64,000 bases of DNA from Methanosarcinales archaeon. Its GTDB lineage: Archaea; Halobacteriota; Methanosarcinia; Methanosarcinales; Methanocomedenaceae. The stretch's first letter is position 1. Each line of letters begins with the position of its first letter. Under the pieces are notes generated by a model. That model made no database searches. It was not told the origin of the DNA and was given only the letters and a program-made list of their open reading frames with translations. Both the position numbers and the translations under genes were made by a program. The stretch lies in contig JAIOQW010000336.1 of NCBI GenBank assembly GCA_021108405.1, positions 1,777 to 65,776 of the forward strand. Reading direction: 5' to 3'. This document shows positions 1 through 10,800 of the stretch, one piece after another.

Positions 1-2879
1 AGGTTAAATTTATTACTACAACATCTGATACACCAATACCAATAGATTTTCCTCAGCCTGTTAATGTGGTATTAGGTGAGGAAAATTCTGATAACTCAAT
101 TGATTCAGGTGAGAGGGTTGGCTCAGGTGAAAGTTATGTAAGTGGAAATGGGTCAGAATTCTCAAAACTAATGATCGACAATAATCTTACTGATATAGGA
201 ATAAGGGCAAGAACAAGTGGGCTTGAACTCGGTGATGCACCTGATCCGACATATCCGTCTTTACTTGCCAGTGATGGTGCCAGGCACAACCCGACCGATA
301 CGGAATGTTTTGGTTTGAGAAGTGATGGTGACTGGAAAGAGTCTGAACCGGATGCCAGGATTTCTGATTCTGACCCATTTGATGATGGGTTGAAAAATAT
401 TTTCATATTATCAGATAATTCCAGTCAAACAGTTACTTTTGAAGTAAGTGACCTTATGGCTCCATCATCAAATCTCATAGTTAACATCCTGATCGATTTA
501 AATAAAGACGGAGACTGGGAGGATCAGGGAGAACATGCTGTTTGTAACCAGCAAATAACAACAACCAATCAGGAAGAAGTAATTATTTCCGACCCCTTCT
601 CAACAATCGGGACAACCATGGGACCCACATGGCTCAGGATTACACTGACCAGACATGATATTTTAAATACGCCATGGGATGGAACAATGAGCGGATATGC
701 TCCTATGATTCCATTTGAATATGGTGAGACCGAAGATTGGGAGGTATATCTGATAGAAGAGGGGGCATTTGTCCATAATCTGAATACTGGTGAGGATTTC
801 TCAACGATCAATGCTGCAATAAATGATATTGATACAAAGGATGGTCATACGATCACTGTTGATCCCGGGACGTATTATGAGAATGTAATAGTGGACAAGC
901 AATTATCTATTCTTTCCAGTTCTGGGAATCCTGTGGATACGATCGTAACTGCAGTTGATCCGAACAATCATGTTTTTAATGTAACAGTCGGCCATGTTGA
1001 CATCTCAGGGTTAACAGTGACAAGAGCCAAACGCAGCTATAAAGCCGGGATATATCTTGGGAGTGGTGTGGATCGGTGTAATATTTCCAATAATGATATA
1101 TCTAATAACTTCAACGCAATCTACCTGGATTCTTCAAATAATAATATACTTTCAAACAACATGGTAAAATCGAATAACCTTAACGGTATAAGCCTGGATT
1201 CTTCAAATAGCAATACACTTAAGGATAATATTGCTACAGAAAATTTTGAAAACGGTATCAACCTGCTTAATTCCACTAGTAACACACTTACGGATAATGA
1301 TGCATCAGGTAATGCCTTTTCCGGAATCTTCTTAGGATATTCTGATGACAACATTATTAATAAAAACTCAGCAAACTTAAACGGTCTTGGTATCTATCTA
1401 CTGACTGCGTGCAATAACACACTCGTGGATAATTCAGCGTGTTTGAACTACTATGGTATTGAAGTATTATCTTCAAATACTAACATGCTTATAAATAACA
1501 ACGCATCAGGTAACTACTTCATCGGTATTCGTCTGTGTGATTCGAATAATAATACGATCATGAACAATTCAGCAAACTCGAGTGACTACATTGGTATCTA
1601 CGCGCTATTATCAAATAATAATACATTCACGAGCAACTCGGTAAACTCGAATGAATACTATGGCATCTCATTGGAATTTTATTCAAACAACAACCTTGTC
1701 TATAACAACTACTTCAATAACATACACAACGCCTATGATGATGGAATAAATATCTGGAACACAACAAAGACAATACGGACGAATATTGCAGGTGGTCCGT
1801 ATCTTGGCGGCAATTACTGGTCGGATTATTCAGGAAATGATATGGATGGAGATGGTCTTGGTGATACATTCATTCCATATAATTCCACTGGAGGAATTAT
1901 AAACGGCGGCGATTACCTTCCACTGGTCCATGTCGAATCGGTAAATGAAATAAATATATATGTCAACACGACTGGCTGGTGGCGCAAAGGCAGCGTATTC
2001 AATACAAGCTCAACACCGATACAGGCAGCGATAGATAATGCGATCAAAGGTGAGCATGTGTTTGTGTACAATGGCACATACACCGAGAATGTGAACATTA
2101 ACAAGCAGATCACACTGGAGGGCGAGGGGCCGGACAAGGTGAGTGTGACTGCAAAGTCGATATATCATGTATTTACAGTGAATTCAGACCGGGTGAATAT
2201 ATCAGGGTTCAATATTATTGGGAAGAAAAAAGATTCTGATAAATTTTATCCTGGTAATGACGGGATTGTTGTTTTAAATGATCATGGGAGTGATATAGAT
2301 CATTGCATTATTTCCAATAATAACATCTCGTACAACTGGAATGGCATTCAACTGTGGACTTCAGGTAACAATACGCTCATGAACAATAGTGTTTCGAACA
2401 ACTGGAACGGCGTCTTCTTGAGATCTTCAAGTAACAACATGCTCAATAACAATAGTGTTTCGAATAATTGGAACGGCGTCTTCCTGGAATCTTCAAGTAA
2501 CAACATGCTTATGAACAATGACTTCTTATGCAACTGGATTGGCTTACACCTGGGAACTTCAGGTAACAATACGCTCATAAACAATAATGTTTCAAATAAC
2601 ACTAACGGAGTCTACCTGCGTCTTTCGAGTAACAACATAATCTATAACAACTACTTCAACAATATAATGAATAACGTCATAGGTCATAGAGACAACATCT
2701 GGAACTCAACAAAGACAGCGGGTACGAATATAGTAGGTGGCCCGTATCTTGGTGGTAACTACTGGTCTGATTATATTGGTATTGATACGGACGAAGATGG
2801 AATAGGAGATACGGATCTTCCATATAATAAAAGGATAAGTAGTGGCGGTGATTATTTGCCTCTGATCCCGGAGGAATAA
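1..2879 (+). CDS. Cell-surface protein, probably 5'-partial: GEVED-like domain followed by two right-handed beta-helix (PbH1/NosD-like) modules
   Basis: The frame is open from nt 3 to the TAA at 2877-2879. The track ORF 66..2879 starts at an internal GTG, so the true start probably lies upstream of the window. GDAPDPTYPSL..GARHN ... YGETEDWEV resembles a GEVED domain. Dozens of N..SNN/GI.L rungs are present. Each module ends in GGPYLGGNYWSDY.G.D.D.DG.GD..PYN...GGDYLPL. Confidence 0.75.
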   Translation, partial: VKFITTTSDTPIPIDFPQPVNVVLGEENSDNSIDSGERVGSGESYVSGNGSEFSKLMIDNNLTDIGIRARTSGLELGDAPDPTYPSLLASDGARHNPTDTECFGLRSDGDWKESEPDARISDSDPFDDGLKNIFILSDNSSQTVTFEVSDLMAPSSNLIVNILIDLNKDGDWEDQGEHAVCNQQITTTNQEEVIISDPFSTIGTTMGPTWLRITLTRHDILNTPWDGTMSGYAPMIPFEYGETEDWEVYLIEEGAFVHNLNTGEDFSTINAAINDIDTKDGHTITVDPGTYYENVIVDKQLSILSSSGNPVDTIVTAVDPNNHVFNVTVGHVDISGLTVTRAKRSYKAGIYLGSGVDRCNISNNDISNNFNAIYLDSSNNNILSNNMVKSNNLNGISLDSSNSNTLKDNIATENFENGINLLNSTSNTLTDNDASGNAFSGIFLGYSDDNIINKNSANLNGLGIYLLTACNNTLVDNSACLNYYGIEVLSSNTNMLINNNASGNYFIGIRLCDSNNNTIMNNSANSSDYIGIYALLSNNNTFTSNSVNSNEYYGISLEFYSNNNLVYNNYFNNIHNAYDDGINIWNTTKTIRTNIAGGPYLGGNYWSDYSGNDMDGDGLGDTFIPYNSTGGIINGGDYLPLVHVESVNEINIYVNTTGWWRKGSVFNTSSTPIQAAIDNAIKGEHVFVYNGTYTENVNINKQITLEGEGPDKVSVTAKSIYHVFTVNSDRVNISGFNIIGKKKDSDKFYPGNDGIVVLNDHGSDIDHCIISNNNISYNWNGIQLWTSGNNTLMNNSVSNNWNGVFLRSSSNNMLNNNSVSNNWNGVFLESSSNNMLMNNDFLCNWIGLHLGTSGNNTLINNNVSNNTNGVYLRLSSNNIIYNNYFNNIMNNVIGHRDNIWNSTKTAGTNIVGGPYLGGNYWSDYIGIDTDEDGIGDTDLPYNKRISSGGDYLPLIPEE

Positions 2880-2990
2880 AATCCTCCCTTCGGTCGGATT
2901 TTCTTGACTGAAGCTTCGAAGAAGCTGAAGATTAAAAAATGTGACCGAAGTGAGCATTTTTGATATATCAAGTTATACTTGATATACTAT
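2878..2990 (+). repeat. Interspersed three-hairpin element, family A, copy A1
   Basis: Starts inside the stop codon of the upstream CDS. Composed of AAAATCCTCCCTTCGGTCGGATTTT (hairpin), AGCTTC-GAA-GAAGCT (hairpin), AGATTAAAAAATGTGA..GAGCATTTT, and ATATCAAGT-TAT-ACTTGATAT (palindrome). Related copies lie at 5127, 15525, 16262, 44743 and 57220. Confidence 0.9.
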
Positions 2991-3035
2991 AAAAAATATA
3001 CGAACTACAGATTTATGTAAAAAGACTAAATAGAA

Positions 3036-4022
3036 ATGAAAAAAAGAAATCAATCAAACGATATACCTGCAGCCGTATGGCCAGGGCAAGACCTGCTTAA
3101 TAGTAAACCAGTAGGATCACTTACTATAATCTTTCGTACTATAGGATGCTACTGGACCGGATGTACGATGTGTGGATTTTACAATGAGAGTGCAATAACA
3201 CCACCTACAGAGGATGATCTTTTATCTCAACTTGAATATGCTATTAGAAAAATGGAACCTCAGACCAATCTTTTTAAGATATTCACATCCGGTAGTTTTT
3301 TTGATAACAGGGAGATATCACCTTCTACAAGAAACCTGATACTTGAACGTATTGCCAGTACGGGTACTATAAAAAAAATAGTAGCTGAAACACGTCCTGA
3401 ATTTATAAATAAAAACACTCTTTCCAGTGCCCTTGAGACACTTGAAAAATATAATGTAAAGCTTGAGGTCGCTATGGGGCTTGAAACCAGCAATGATGTT
3501 ATCAGGGATGAATGTATTAATAAAGGATTCAATTTCACTGATTTTGTTAAAGCTTCCGGTATAGCCGGTGAGATGGGAGTATCTACTAAAGCATACCTAT
3601 TATTAAAGCCACCATTGTTATCTGAAAAAACAGCAATAAATGATATGCTGGCATCTATCAAAGATACCATACCCTATTCCTCAACGATCTCATTAAATCT
3701 TTGCAATGTACAACGAGCTACGAAAGTAGAAAGGCTTTTTAATAAAAAGGATTACCGTCCTCCCTGGCTCTGGAGTGCGGTGTTTATTTTAAGTAAGGCA
3801 AAAAAGATGTTTCCTGATGTAACGTTTATGTCTGACCCGGTTGGTGCAGGTGCAAAACGTGGTCCGCATAATTGCAGAAAATGTGATAAAGATGTAGCCC
3901 AATCACTTCGTGATTTTTCTATTACCCAGGACACGAATATATTATCAAATGTAGACTGTGACTGTTACTATCTATGGGAGAAAGTGATTGAGCTTGAAGA
4001 TTTTGCTTATGTACCTTATTAG
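3036..4022 (+). CDS. Radical SAM protein (archaeal TIGR01210-like family; possibly the archaeosine-pathway RaSEA type)
   Basis: 328-aa ORF with the Cys cluster GCYWTGCTMCGF near the N-terminus and a TIM-barrel-like remainder. The family assignment is from memory of the motif only. Confidence 0.55.
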   Translation: MKKRNQSNDIPAAVWPGQDLLNSKPVGSLTIIFRTIGCYWTGCTMCGFYNESAITPPTEDDLLSQLEYAIRKMEPQTNLFKIFTSGSFFDNREISPSTRNLILERIASTGTIKKIVAETRPEFINKNTLSSALETLEKYNVKLEVAMGLETSNDVIRDECINKGFNFTDFVKASGIAGEMGVSTKAYLLLKPPLLSEKTAINDMLASIKDTIPYSSTISLNLCNVQRATKVERLFNKKDYRPPWLWSAVFILSKAKKMFPDVTFMSDPVGAGAKRGPHNCRKCDKDVAQSLRDFSITQDTNILSNVDCDCYYLWEKVIELEDFAYVPY

Positions 4023-4423
4023 ATCAAGAATTTGATCAGGTCTTTACTTAGACGTGTTTCCATTTCCAGGCGAGAACGGATATCCTCATCTGATATCCCA
4101 TCTATTCTAAGTTCAGTGATCCGGTCAAATATCTGGGGCTTTATCTCATAATATTCATTGATATCCTTTCTGTGACCCCAGACATCTCCTTCAAGTAGTG
4201 TAACATTCTGCATTTCCAGGAACATTTCAGTTGATTTGGATAGTGTCTTTTTATAAGAACTTGGTACATGTATGGCTTTCAAGCCGGGACATGTCTGAAC
4301 AAGAGTAAAAATATCTTTATTTGATGGTCGAAAAGCCATGTGTACTATCTCTTCACTGTCTCCAAGTGAATCTATTTCTTCTTTAGAACTAACAACTCTA
4401 ATTTTCATATTTTTTACCTGCAT
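4019..4423 (-). CDS. Conserved hypothetical protein
   Basis: 134-aa ORF, convergent with 3036..4022 and overlapping it by 4 nt. A more likely start is the internal ATG at 4408 (MKIRVVSSKEE...). No domain recognised. Confidence 0.5.
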   Translation of the reverse strand: MQVKNMKIRVVSSKEEIDSLGDSEEIVHMAFRPSNKDIFTLVQTCPGLKAIHVPSSYKKTLSKSTEMFLEMQNVTLLEGDVWGHRKDINEYYEIKPQIFDRITELRIDGISDEDIRSRLEMETRLSKDLIKFLI

Positions 4424-4547
4424 TTTTTAAAAATTTTTTTTGAATTCTTTTTTAATAATTAATAGTATTTAATAGGTTAATATTGTTTAAATATTAGCCC
4501 ACATATAAATATCTTTCCCTTTTAACAGTATCTCCAAAAAACTTTTT

Positions 4548-4633
4548 GACACTGATTTCGCAGATACATCCACCTTTCATGAAGGTGAATGCCTGCAACG
4601 CTTACAAGGGCGTGCAGGGAAAACAGATTTTTT
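4548..4633 (+). repeat. GC-rich double-hairpin element, family B, copy B1 (divergent)
   Basis: ACACTGAT..CAGATACAT, then hairpin CACCTT-TCATG-AAGGTG, then hairpin CCTGCAACGC-TTACAA-GGGCGTGCAGG, then AAACAGAT plus a T-run. The architecture matches 5363..5497, but the first stem has a different sequence. Confidence 0.8.
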
Positions 4634-4851
4634 AAGTCAAAATGCTAATTTGATGATTTCCATTGTATTACAGGTATAAATAACCATTCCGGAATAAATC
4701 AGATTTCAACCTTATCGATTATTTCTTTCATACATCGAGTATTTTGAAAGGAAATTAAGTAATTTGTTAGATCTTATGTACCATCTCATCCTGAAAGCCA
4801 TATTGCTATAATATCCTGGAGATCGGCTATGGACATTAAGTGTCCTCTTAC

Positions 4852-4986
4852 TCAAATATCTTTTAACCAGTGATGAATAGCATCTTGACCATCATCATCC
4901 ACAACCCACGTTGCACCACCTGCCACATTCACTAGAGCAAATACTATTGTGACTGTAACCACCAGCATTGGTAACAATCGTATCAT
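4852..4986 (-). pseudogene. 44-codon relic: signal peptide plus the first residues of a beta-helix surface protein
   Basis: GGAGG lies 8 nt upstream of the ATG at 4986. The ORF reads MIRLLPMLVVTVTIVFALVNVAGGATWVVDDDGQDAIHHWLKDI*. The ATWVVDDDG opening is typical of the N-termini of NosD-like surface proteins, but the ORF stops after 44 codons. It could instead be a genuine small secreted peptide. Confidence 0.35.
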
Positions 4987-5126
4987 AATGCTGCCTCCAT
5001 ATGCGTATTTAGATTATCCACCCTACTGTTATCATCTCTAAATAATTCCGCTGCTTTTAGCTCTTTGTCCTCAACTACGATTAAAGACATTATTGAATTT
5101 ATTAAAAAGTAAAATATACTGTTTTT

Positions 5127-5185
5127 TATAGTATATTAAGTATAACTTAATATACTCAAGAAAATCCGACCGAAGGGAGGATTTT
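5127..5185 (-). repeat. Family A element, short copy A3
   Basis: TATATTAAGT-ATA-ACTTAATATA palindrome followed by AAAATCCGACCGAAGGGAGGATTTT. The central module is missing. Both palindrome arms carry matched changes (C to T, G to A) relative to the other copies. Confidence 0.85.
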
Positions 5186-5362
5186 GTTCTAGTTATATCC
5201 TTTAATATAATCCTCTTAATACAATTGTATACTACATTAATACTATTTAAATAAAAACTTTTTTCACCTATTTCACTACCTCACAAAATTTTTATATACA
5301 AATGGCACTATCCTAAAAACCAGTTATTTCAATAGAGGATTATTTAAATCGATAATTTCATA

Positions 5363-5497
5363 GACACGGATACATTCAACTCCTGCGGAGTTGAATGCCT
5401 GCAACGCCTAAGGGGCGTGCAGGTAACACAGATACACTCACCTCCTACGGAGTTGAGTGCCTGCTACGCCTGAAGGGCGTGCAGGTTACACGGATTT
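5363..5497 (+). repeat. Family B element, copy B2 (two tandem units)
   Basis: Unit a: ACACGGATACAT, then CATTCAACTCC-TGC-GGAGTTGAATG, then CCTGCAACGCC-TAAG-GGGCGTGCAGG, then TAACACAGAT. Unit b follows directly with CACTCACCTCC-TAC-GGAGTTGAGTG and CCTGCTACGCC-TGAA-GGGCGTGCAGG. Confidence 0.9.
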
Positions 5498-5568
5498 AAG
5501 GTTGTTGTGGTCGATATCATAGGATTCCATTAAGTTTGTGATAGAAGGTATTTGATCAAAATCAAATC

Positions 5569-5601
5569 GGTGTTAATCCGTGTAAATCCGTGTCTGAAAA
5601 A
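5569..5601 (-). repeat. Family B terminus (phased octamers)
   Basis: GGTGTTAATCCGTGTAAATCCGTGTCTGAAAAA. ATCCGTGT occurs twice at a 10-nt spacing. ATCCGTGTCT is the inverted complement of AGACACGGAT at 5362-5371. Confidence 0.75.
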
Positions 5602-5754
5602 TAACTGGAAAATGGTACAGTGCCTATACAAATATAGGTATCAATTTAAATTCATTTTAATCTTTCTATTTATTCTTAATATTTTGTCTATTTATAAAAA
5701 TTCTACAAAATATAGAAAACTACGTTAAAAATATTGATCTTATATTTCATAAAC

Positions 5755-6492
5755 TCACGCTTTAGTAATAATATCAGTCTTCATCCTACTTCTAACGATC
5801 TTTGGAAGGTCACCCCATACCGCAAATCTATCTTTCTTTACAATAAGTGCCCCATCTATACCCTTAATACCCCTTATCATATCAAAACAACTCTCGATCC
5901 CATCAACATCATTCACTTCATTACCAAGTGCAGTACCCATTGCGTCTGCAAGTGGAACATCTCCTGAAACCACAACTGCAGCATCAGCATTCCCCAAACT
6001 TATCGATGGCCCCACAGTACCTGACGATGTGCAGATACCTATGATATCCTGGCATGGCGCTACATCCAATGCCAGGTCCTGTATGGAAGAGCATGCTGTA
6101 TATACTCCTACTATAACCGGCCTATCGGTAACAAGAGCAATATCCCCTCCATTATCAACAAACGCATACACTGCACCTGCATCAATCATAGCCTCTACTG
6201 CAAGAACTGCTATAGTACCTGCCACAGCACTCATGGGTCCGATACCTGCAACCTGTCCGGCGTGTGCCATACGGCGAATGATCTCAGGAGCAGACGAGAG
6301 AACTTCATATGGCTCAAAAGTAATTTGAAAGAAAGGATCTGATCTGATAAAGTCTTCCAGAAGGCTTCGCTGATATCTGATAGAGGCCCTGGCAATCTCG
6401 ATGATATCTTCTGAGTCAGCACCTATGGTTACAATAGTCTCTTTAAGTCTGTAATGGACATGCAAAGTAATATCACTGTTCGGATCAAACAT
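5755..6492 (-). CDS. UPF0280-like (ApbE-fold) conserved archaeal protein
   Basis: 245-aa ORF. The overall sequence (MFDPNSDITLHVHYRLKETIVTIGADS..., Gly/Ala-rich core) matches my recollection of the methanogen UPF0280 family. Not verifiable here. Confidence 0.5.
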   Translation of the reverse strand: MFDPNSDITLHVHYRLKETIVTIGADSEDIIEIARASIRYQRSLLEDFIRSDPFFQITFEPYEVLSSAPEIIRRMAHAGQVAGIGPMSAVAGTIAVLAVEAMIDAGAVYAFVDNGGDIALVTDRPVIVGVYTACSSIQDLALDVAPCQDIIGICTSSGTVGPSISLGNADAAVVVSGDVPLADAMGTALGNEVNDVDGIESCFDMIRGIKGIDGALIVKKDRFAVWGDLPKIVRSRMKTDIITKA

Positions 6493-6533
6493 ATATAATA
6501 GATTTTATCTGCATTAAATATAATCCAAGGATC

Positions 6534-7730
6534 ATGAAAATTGTACGCGACCCCATACACGGATCTATTGAACTTGACGAACTGGCGCTTTCTCTTATTG
6601 ATACACCTCAAATGCAGAGGCTGCGGCGCATATGCCAGCTTGGCATGTCCAATCTTGTTTATCCCGGTGCTAACCATACCAGGTTCGAACATTCATTGGG
6701 TACGTATCACCTTACCTGTAAATTGCTTGAACATGTAGATTATCACCATCCGCAAGAGATCAAGGCAGCAGCTCTTTTACATGATATCGGACACGGTCCG
6801 TTTTCACATGCAACCGAGGAACTATTGCAGTATTATAATAGAACCGGACATGAAGAGATATACCACATCCTTAAACAACCTGAAATACGGGATATATTTG
6901 AGAAATATGACATTAAGCCATCATCAGTCATTGCCCACATCAAGGGTAATAGTATGATCGGCAGTATATTAAATAGCGAGATCGATATCGACCGGATGGA
7001 TTATCTTGTAAGGGATGCACATTATACCGGAGTGGCTTATGGTATTATTGATCTGGAGCGTTTGATCCATTCCCTGAAGTTCCATGAAGGCAGGTTTGTT
7101 ATTGTCTCAGGAGGTCTCCAGGCGGCTGAGAGCCTTTTGGTATCCAGGTTCTTTATGCACCCGACAGTATATTTTCATCATGTGAGCAGGATAGCAGAGA
7201 CCATGCTACTGCGAGCATCCCAATATGCCATATCAAACAATACACTTGACCCTGCCGGATTACAGTTAATGGATGATTTCGGGCTTGAGAATGTGTTAAT
7301 GAATAGCAGCGGGTATGCAGCCGAAATGATAAACAGGATAAGGGAGCGCAGACTTTTTAAACGTTCTCTATATGCAAGTCTGGAATCTATTGAATGGAAT
7401 ATAGTAGAACAATACCAGGCCAATCCACAAAGACTGGAATGGGAACTCTGTGAACAAGCACACGTTCCCCATGGATATATACTGGTTGATATACCGGATA
7501 TGCCTGAAATGGCTGAGATGAAAGCTGTGATCATGTTCGAAGGCAGGATGATAACTCTTGATGAAGCTTCACCTATTGTACGCAACCTTGAGCAGGCACA
7601 GATGGAAAACTGGAGGGTTGGGGTATATACTCTTCCTGAATACAGGGAGAAGGTAACAAAGGTGGCCAGGGAGTTCTTTCAGGTTAAGAAGGATATAAGA
7701 CAGGTTAATTTTAGTGAATTGCTAGAGTAA
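6534..7730 (+). CDS. HD-domain phosphohydrolase (SAMHD1/dNTPase-like)
   Basis: IRDPIHGSIEL..LIDTPQMQRLRRI.QLG, RFEHSLG, LLHDIGHGPFSH, DIDRMDYLVRDAHYTG. Confidence 0.8.
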   Translation: MKIVRDPIHGSIELDELALSLIDTPQMQRLRRICQLGMSNLVYPGANHTRFEHSLGTYHLTCKLLEHVDYHHPQEIKAAALLHDIGHGPFSHATEELLQYYNRTGHEEIYHILKQPEIRDIFEKYDIKPSSVIAHIKGNSMIGSILNSEIDIDRMDYLVRDAHYTGVAYGIIDLERLIHSLKFHEGRFVIVSGGLQAAESLLVSRFFMHPTVYFHHVSRIAETMLLRASQYAISNNTLDPAGLQLMDDFGLENVLMNSSGYAAEMINRIRERRLFKRSLYASLESIEWNIVEQYQANPQRLEWELCEQAHVPHGYILVDIPDMPEMAEMKAVIMFEGRMITLDEASPIVRNLEQAQMENWRVGVYTLPEYREKVTKVAREFFQVKKDIRQVNFSELLE

Positions 7731-7838
7731 TTTTGAAGAATATCGGGCTAATAGTAATGTTTATTAATGATAATAACCTTAGAATAATAGGATAAATATT
7801 CAATCCGTTCCGTAAATTAATAGGGGGAGTGTTAATTC

Positions 7839-10800
7839 GTGGAGTTAGACAGATATATCTTATGTAATCCGGTAAGTAGTATTAAGGGCACTTTATCTCG
7901 TGTTTGTATGGCTATAATGCTGTTGTTTGTAGTCGCAGTATTTTTCTGTGCAACAGTGAATGCAGAAGAATTGCATGTTGGGTCGGGAGAGGTGTATTCT
8001 ACTATATCAGGTGCTGTGGATGCTGCTTCTGATGGGGATGTTGTTATTGTACACGCTGGCAATTATATAGAGAATGTGGATGTGGACAAGCGACTCGATT
8101 TACAGGGTGCGGGTGCGGATGTAGTAACTGTAACTGCTGGAAATCCGAATGATCATGTCTTTGATGTGTATGCGAATAGAGTAAATATTTCCGGATTTAC
8201 AGTGACAGGGGCGGAATATGGGACTAATGATGAAATGATTGGTGGTATTTATCTCTATACTATGGGACACTGTAACATCTTAAATAATAATATATCAAAT
8301 AACGGCTGGGGTATCATCTTAGATGGTTTCAACAATACTCTTACAAACAACATTATAAATTCTAACGAAAATAACGGTATCGCTTTAATTGGTTTCAACA
8401 ATACCATTACAAATAACACTATAAATTCTAACAAATATGACGGTATCAGCGTATATGCTTTCAACAATACTATTAAAAACAATATTATAGATTCGAACAA
8501 AGGATTCGGCATATCTATAGCAGAGCCGAATAACACACTCTTACATAATATCATATCGAACAATAGGGTAGGCGTCTTGCTAGGTGAGTACAATCACGTT
8601 CTTATAAGTAACAATATATCAAACAATGAAATTGGTATTTCACTTAGCCACAGTGTTCATAACATACTCGTAAATAACACCGTATCAAACAATGGGATAG
8701 GCATTCAACTGCACAATTCGAATTCCAACAAGCTTACTAACAACATTATAAACTCGAATAATAATAGCGGCATCTTCATGTCTGAATCGAGATACAACAA
8801 GATTATCAACAACACTGTATTAGATAATGAAATGGGTATCTACCTGGATTTATCTGGTAGTAACCGCATCTACAACAACTACTTTAATAATATAAACAAT
8901 GTTTATGACAATTTTATTGAACGTAGCAGTACTATCGCTGGGACAAATATCTGGAATATATATGAAAAAACCCCGGGAACAAACATCATAGGAAGGTCTT
9001 GGCTTGGCGGCAACTACTGGAGCGATTATACAGGAAAAGACACAGACGGCGATGGACTTGGAGATTCACAGATTCCATACAACTGCTTAGGAAATATTAC
9101 AGAAGGCGGTGATTATCATCCATTGGTCCGATATGGACCCAGATCGCCGCCAATCATAATAACTGCACCAACCGGATCTGCTCCGGTTTGCAGAAATGGT
9201 GCAGAGCAGTTGTGGATAAATTTTACTTGCTTTGTACCGGATCTAAAGAACTATACTATCATAATAAGAAATAGCACAGCAATTATAAACTCTGCCACGA
9301 TCGAAAGTACTGCCAGTGGAACAGAACACTCAATTAGTGAAAATTTTTATCTTAATTCGACAGCAACGGATGGTTTATATAACGTATCAGTTGAAGTATA
9401 TGATAATGCATCAAATTATTATTTTTCGTACCAGAATAATTCAGTAGTTAAGTGTATCTATAATGCTGTTATCTCACAGCCTGCGGATCAAACAACATAC
9501 CCTGATAAAAATGCCACATATGAACTGGAAATTACCAATACGGGAAATTTCAAAGAGACATATGTGCTTGCTATTACCATGATCGACCCTGTAGATATTG
9601 CAGTGCTGGATAAAACGGAAATAACAGATATCGAGGTAGGTGAATCATGTGATGTTATATTATACATAGCAGATGCAGATACTGGAATATATAGAGCCAT
9701 TCTTAATGTTATATCCAAAAGTACTGGAATTAAGGTAGCACAGACTGACTGTATAATGACTTTTGTTAATTATGATAATGTAGGTCCGGCAGATATCTAT
9801 GTCAATACAAGTGGGTGGTGGCGAAAGAACGGTAGGTTTAATGGTTGTATGGCACCAATCCAGACAGCAGTAAATATTGCAGCAACAGGAGAAACCATTT
9901 TTGTGTATAACGGCAGCTATACAGGACATGTGAGCGTGAACAAACGACTCACACTGCAGGGTGAGAGTGTAAATGGTGTAATTGTACACGGAGTGTGTAA
10001 TTGGAAAAATGTAATAAATGTGGAAAGTGATTGGGTAAATATATCCGGTTTTACTCTGGTGGAACAAGGTGCCGGGAAGTTTCAGGGTTACAGTGATGGG
10101 ATTGGTGTTTTTGGGAATAATTGTATTATTTCTAATAATATAATATCATCTAGTACGGGTAGTATTTATGTTATAGGAAATAATTCTACTATCTCAAATA
10201 ATATATTTGGTGGTGATAAGATTCGTGTTTTTGGGGATTACTGTAATATCTTGAATAATTCTGGTAGTGGGATTTTTATTAGTGGAAATTACAGTAATAT
10301 CTTGAATAATTCTGGTGGTGGGATTTATATTAGTGGAAATTATTGCAATATCTCTTATAATATTGTATCAAATACTAACGGCGATGGCATTCACTTAGAT
10401 AATTCAAGCGATAATGCACTCACTGGTAATACACTATTAAACAACCGTTGTGGTCTCCATTTGGATTGTTCAGAAGATAATATTATATTTAACAACTACT
10501 TCAACAACTCATACAACGCTTATGACAATGGAAATAACACCTGGAACACCACCAAAACAGCAGGATTAAACATCATAGGCGGCCCCTATATCAGCGGCAA
10601 CTACTGGATTGACTATACAGGAAACGACACAGACAGCGACGGATCTGGAGATACACAGATTCCATACAACTGCTCAGGAAATATAACAACAGGCGGCGAT
10701 TATTATCCCCTGGTCACTACCAACTCCACAAAAATATATATTGAAAACATTGTTGTCGATCCCGAAGAAAAGATCACAGTCCCAATCATGATCAAAAGCC

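Noticed and set aside
5362-5601. Family A/B repeats as a CRISPR array.
   Set aside because: The copies are dispersed over the whole window in both orientations and are not separated by uniform unique spacers. The only tandem case has two units directly abutting. No cas genes are present.
6029-6328. This ORF and many other 60-140-aa ORFs in the track that overlap larger genes on the opposite strand or in another frame (for example 134..406, 3260..3670, 7178..7585, 9660..10067, 26241..26699, 31229..31702, 35648..36124 and 43566..43991).
   Set aside because: Each lies within a longer ORF that has recognisable domain motifs. None has an RBS-like context or recognisable motifs of its own.
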